A stretch of DNA of 49,103 nucleotides, from positions 5,050 through 54,152 of the forward strand of contig CAZOZZ010000002.1 in assembly GCA_964584435.1 (NCBI GenBank), written 5' to 3'. The translations under genes and the position numbers were made by a program. Below, in pieces: positions 46,084 to 49,103 of this stretch (position 1 is the stretch's first letter; every line of letters begins with the position of its first letter). Origin of the DNA: an uncultured Solibacteraceae bacterium (GTDB lineage: Bacteria > Acidobacteriota > Terriglobia > 20CM-2-55-15). The notes under the pieces are model-generated. The model saw nothing but the letters and a program-made list of their open reading frames with translations. It had not been told where the DNA came from and made no database searches.

Positions 46084-47331
46084 TCACGCGGTCGCCCGTA
46101 TGGGCGACATTTCATCCAGGGCAGCCAGGAATGCCCTCATATCCTTGTCGATGACGTCGCCGACCAGGCAGTCGATCAGAGCGCGTCGATGCTCCGGGTA
46201 TCGTTTGACGAATTCTCCGAAGCTGAATCCCGGGTCGTAGAAAGAGAAAATAAGCCGTTTGATGACATCCACTCCCGAACCGAGAGGCTCGGAAAACGAA
46301 CCGAGCCTTTCCGCGGAAAGATCATTGTCAGTCAGGCCTTTATGCACCGAGTCGGCGGCCATTTCCGCCGATCCGAACGCAAGGAGGAGTCCGGATGAAT
46401 AGATCGGATCCAGAAAAGCAGCCGCGTCCCCGATCATGACCCATCCGTCACCCGCCACCTCCCGATTGCGATAGGCCAGTTTTGAGATGCCGCGAACGCC
46501 TGTCGTCCGAGCCGCATTGGATAACCTGTCCTTCAGCGGTGGGCACTTGTCGACTTCGCCGAGAAAGACGGCTTCCGAAGTTTCCTCTTCGGTCAGTAAG
46601 TAGTCCGGAGAGGCGACGATTCCGACACTGACGATATCGTCAGGCAGTGGGATGTACCAGAACCAGCCTCGGTCGGGAATCATGAAGATGGTGGTTTCGC
46701 CCGCGTCGATGCCGTCAAGCCGTTTCCCCCCGGAATAGTACGACCACAGAGAGGCTTTCCGCAGGCCGGGCACGTCATCCCGCAGACCCAGTTGTGTCCC
46801 CACGACTGTTCCGCGTCCCGAAGCATCGACGACGACTCTGGAATGCACCGTGTACGGTGCGCCCCCACGAGGCTGGGCGCGAACCCCTCTAGCCTGACCG
46901 CTTTCGTCGAAGAGTACCTCTTCGACTCTCGTGGCCATCCGAACATCGACGCCGGCCTCCCCGGCATGGTCGAGACACATTTCGTCGAATCGAGACCGCT
47001 CCACCTGCCAGGTCTGTGCGCCCTCTCCTTCGATGGTTTCGGAAAAGTAGAACGGGTCTGACTCTCTACCCGATGGGGAAACGAATCGAACGCTGTACTT
47101 CATCGGAAAGTGGGAGGCTCTGAGCTTCGGCAGAAGTCCCAGGCGATCGAGCGTTCCATAGGTGTGCGGGATCAGGGATTCGCCGACATGATAGCGCGGG
47201 TAGGAGGAGCCCTCCAGAACCAGACACTTGTGCCCGTGACGTTGGAGAAACGTCGAAATCGTCGCGCCGGCGGGTCCGCCACCGATGACCACAACATCGC
47301 AAGACTCGTTAGCTTCGGTACTCTTAGTCAT
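46084..47331 (-). CDS. FAD-dependent oxidoreductase, flavin-dependent halogenase family (CmlS/PltA-like)
   Basis: IGGGPAG, PRYHVGESLIP, Lys in FPMKYS, VERSRFD, DASGR, GWFWYIP (WxWxIP), GDAAAFLDPIYSSG. Confidence 0.85.
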   Translation of the reverse strand: MTKSTEANESCDVVVIGGGPAGATISTFLQRHGHKCLVLEGSSYPRYHVGESLIPHTYGTLDRLGLLPKLRASHFPMKYSVRFVSPSGRESDPFYFSETIEGEGAQTWQVERSRFDEMCLDHAGEAGVDVRMATRVEEVLFDESGQARGVRAQPRGGAPYTVHSRVVVDASGRGTVVGTQLGLRDDVPGLRKASLWSYYSGGKRLDGIDAGETTIFMIPDRGWFWYIPLPDDIVSVGIVASPDYLLTEEETSEAVFLGEVDKCPPLKDRLSNAARTTGVRGISKLAYRNREVAGDGWVMIGDAAAFLDPIYSSGLLLAFGSAEMAADSVHKGLTDNDLSAERLGSFSEPLGSGVDVIKRLIFSFYDPGFSFGEFVKRYPEHRRALIDCLVGDVIDKDMRAFLAALDEMSPIRATA

Positions 47332-47354
47332 TTTCCCAGGAAAAACGATCCGGA

Positions 47355-48683
47355 TTACGAGTAACGGACGCCCCGATGCACGTCCAGGTAGAAGGCCGGC
47401 AGCATGTGGTCGACCTCGAGGAGTCCGTCGCGAGTCAGTTCGATTTGATCGTCTCGTCTTTCCAGCAACCCCTGACGCCGGAAGCCGGCGATGGGCTCGG
47501 CGAAGCGCTCGAATATGTCTATTCCGAACTTGCTACGGAACTGGGTGCCGTCCACTCTACCCAGTTTGAGTTGCAGAATGAATTCCCGGACGAGTCGTTC
47601 TTCGTCGTTCAGGAAATAAGTGCGTTCGATAGGGAGTTGCCCATTCTGGACACTCTCGAGATACGATTCGACGGAGGTAAGGTTCTGGTAATGGGCCCCG
47701 GCAAAGTAGGAAAAGGACGACGTTCCGACACCGATGAGATCCCCGCCACGATACTGCGCGTCCTGATAAACAAACGGTCGGAACGCCGCCTCGCGGACCG
47801 CGGTGTACGCACTGCGTAGTTGATATCCGGCCTCTTCCAGCTTTTCGAACCCCTTCCTCAATCTTTCCCGTTTGAGCCTCCAGGACGCCGGTTCGCTGTC
47901 CAGCTTGTTGTTGTGGTAGAGGTGATAGAGCGGCGTGTTCTTCGGGATCTCCAACTGGTAAATGGTGACGCTTTCCGGTGCCATGTCGATGATCCTGTCG
48001 ACGCCGGTCATGAACGATCCGTCGCTTTGACCCACCAGACCGACGATCAGATCCAGGTTCACCATGTCGAATCCCACCCGCTGGAACATCTCATAGGCCT
48101 GCTCGATATCCCGGACGAGGTGGACACGTCCGTTCTTCTTCAACACATCGTCATCGAGCTGCTGAACCCCCATGCTGATGCGGGTGACACCCCCATCCCG
48201 CAGCGTCCGTAGTTTGTCCTCGGTGATGGTTGTGGGAGCGCATTCAAAGGTGATTTCAGCAAGCGCGCTCCAGGGCAATATCTTCCCGAGTTCGGCCAGA
48301 AGTGTGTCGATCTGTTCGGCAGATATGATCGACGGCGTTCCACCGCCGAAGTAGGCAAAATCGACCTCGCGCCCGGACAAGGCCGTCTTCTCACCGTAGA
48401 TCGAAAGTTCTGTGACCAGGGCCTCCAGATAACTCTCTATCAGGTCATCCGACTTGCCGGCATACGAGAGGTAATAGCAATACAGGCAGCGTACGGTACA
48501 GAAGGGAATGTGGACATAGAGCCCGAGAGGAATCTCCACTTCGGAACGATCCGGCCTGTCCAGCAGATCTAAGACGTTTCTTGTCGATTCTTTCTTCCAG
48601 GACGAAAATGGTGGGTAAGCCGATACGAAGTAATTACCTTCTAAGGGTGCTTCCGTCTTCGTGGAATCGAGCGTTGAAGTCAT
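47355..48683 (-). CDS. HemN-like (class C) radical SAM protein
   Basis: LYVHIPFCTVRCLYC (CxxxCxxC), FGGGTPS, RISMGVQ, NLDLIVGL; HemN_C-like tail; no HemW HNxxYW or HemN RNFQGY motif. Confidence 0.88.
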   Translation of the reverse strand: MTSTLDSTKTEAPLEGNYFVSAYPPFSSWKKESTRNVLDLLDRPDRSEVEIPLGLYVHIPFCTVRCLYCYYLSYAGKSDDLIESYLEALVTELSIYGEKTALSGREVDFAYFGGGTPSIISAEQIDTLLAELGKILPWSALAEITFECAPTTITEDKLRTLRDGGVTRISMGVQQLDDDVLKKNGRVHLVRDIEQAYEMFQRVGFDMVNLDLIVGLVGQSDGSFMTGVDRIIDMAPESVTIYQLEIPKNTPLYHLYHNNKLDSEPASWRLKRERLRKGFEKLEEAGYQLRSAYTAVREAAFRPFVYQDAQYRGGDLIGVGTSSFSYFAGAHYQNLTSVESYLESVQNGQLPIERTYFLNDEERLVREFILQLKLGRVDGTQFRSKFGIDIFERFAEPIAGFRRQGLLERRDDQIELTRDGLLEVDHMLPAFYLDVHRGVRYS

Positions 48684-48728
48684 GGTGCAAAGATGGTTAC
48701 TCTTCCGAAATCGCCACAGGAAATTTTA

Positions 48729-49103
48729 TCACCGTATGAGGACGCCGAGGGCTGAGTCCGTGGCCCAGTCGAGAACCCTTGTCGGCAGGATACCCAGGTA
48801 GAGCGTCAGGATAGCCGTCACGATCAGGGCGGCACCCAGGCCGGGGGCGATGTCGAGGTCGCTGAACTCTTCGGTCGGCTCCCGCATGTACATCTGAATG
48901 ATGACATTGAGGTAGTAATAGAACGACACGACGGTTGTGATCAGGCCGATGATCGTCAGCCAGATGAGTCCGGATTCGACTGCTGATCTGAATATGAAGA
49001 ATTTGCCTGCAAACCCGGCCGTTCCGGGGATTCCGGCCAGAGACAGCAGGAAGAGAGACAGTAGCGCCGCCAGACCCGGTCGCCGCCTAGCCAGTCCCTT
49101 GTA
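48729..49103 (-). CDS. nuoN: Second NADH-quinone oxidoreductase subunit N paralogue (3' part; truncated by the window edge)
   Basis: Minus-strand frame reads LFLLSLAGIPGTAGFAGKFFIF...VVSFYYYLNVIIQMY...LYLGILP, homologous to the C-terminus of 39593-41035. Confidence 0.9.
   Translation of the reverse strand, partial: YKGLARRRPGLAALLSLFLLSLAGIPGTAGFAGKFFIFRSAVESGLIWLTIIGLITTVVSFYYYLNVIIQMYMREPTEEFSDLDIAPGLGAALIVTAILTLYLGILPTRVLDWATDSALGVLIR

Noticed and set aside
47355-48683. Assigning the symbol hemN or hemW
   Set aside because: The diagnostic motifs of both are absent and no heme genes are nearby.
1-49103. tRNA, rRNA, IS transposase, integrase or prophage genes
   Set aside because: None recognised; nearly all the sequence is explained by the listed CDSs and short spacers.

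Overview
A 49.1 kb, GC-rich (about 60% by eye), gene-dense chromosomal segment. Gene content suggests an Acidobacteriota-like bacterium (inference, not a classification). Genes from left to right: Gln-dependent nadE; an Smr-domain protein; a Gram-positive-type lexA with a perfect CGAAC-N4-GTTCG box on its own promoter; an orphan PilX-like pilin; Hfq-like, HAD, YkgJ and CPBP genes; a 14 kb DUF4159 / vWA-GATase / pseudo-caspase / TPR-HEXXH / MoxR / DUF58 / BatA-vWA / DUF4175-like cluster with a LacI-type operator inside its promoter; a TMTC-like GT-C glycosyltransferase; a DUF4097 lipoprotein; glyA; moeA-moaC-moaB; an 11-subunit complex I (nuoAB-CD-HIJKLMN, no EFG) interrupted by a MidA/NDUFAF7 methyltransferase; pncB-pncA; a partial F0 operon atpZ-I-B-E; and, on the opposite strand, the tail of a second nuoN followed by a HemN-like radical SAM gene and a flavin-dependent halogenase-like gene. 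About a dozen intergenic spacers carry short-period (7-9 bp) tandem repeats, mostly as inverted pairs, and two more carry GTAG-type REP doublets. No rRNA, tRNA, CRISPR array or transposase was recognised. All calls come from reading motifs by eye; no database searches were run.
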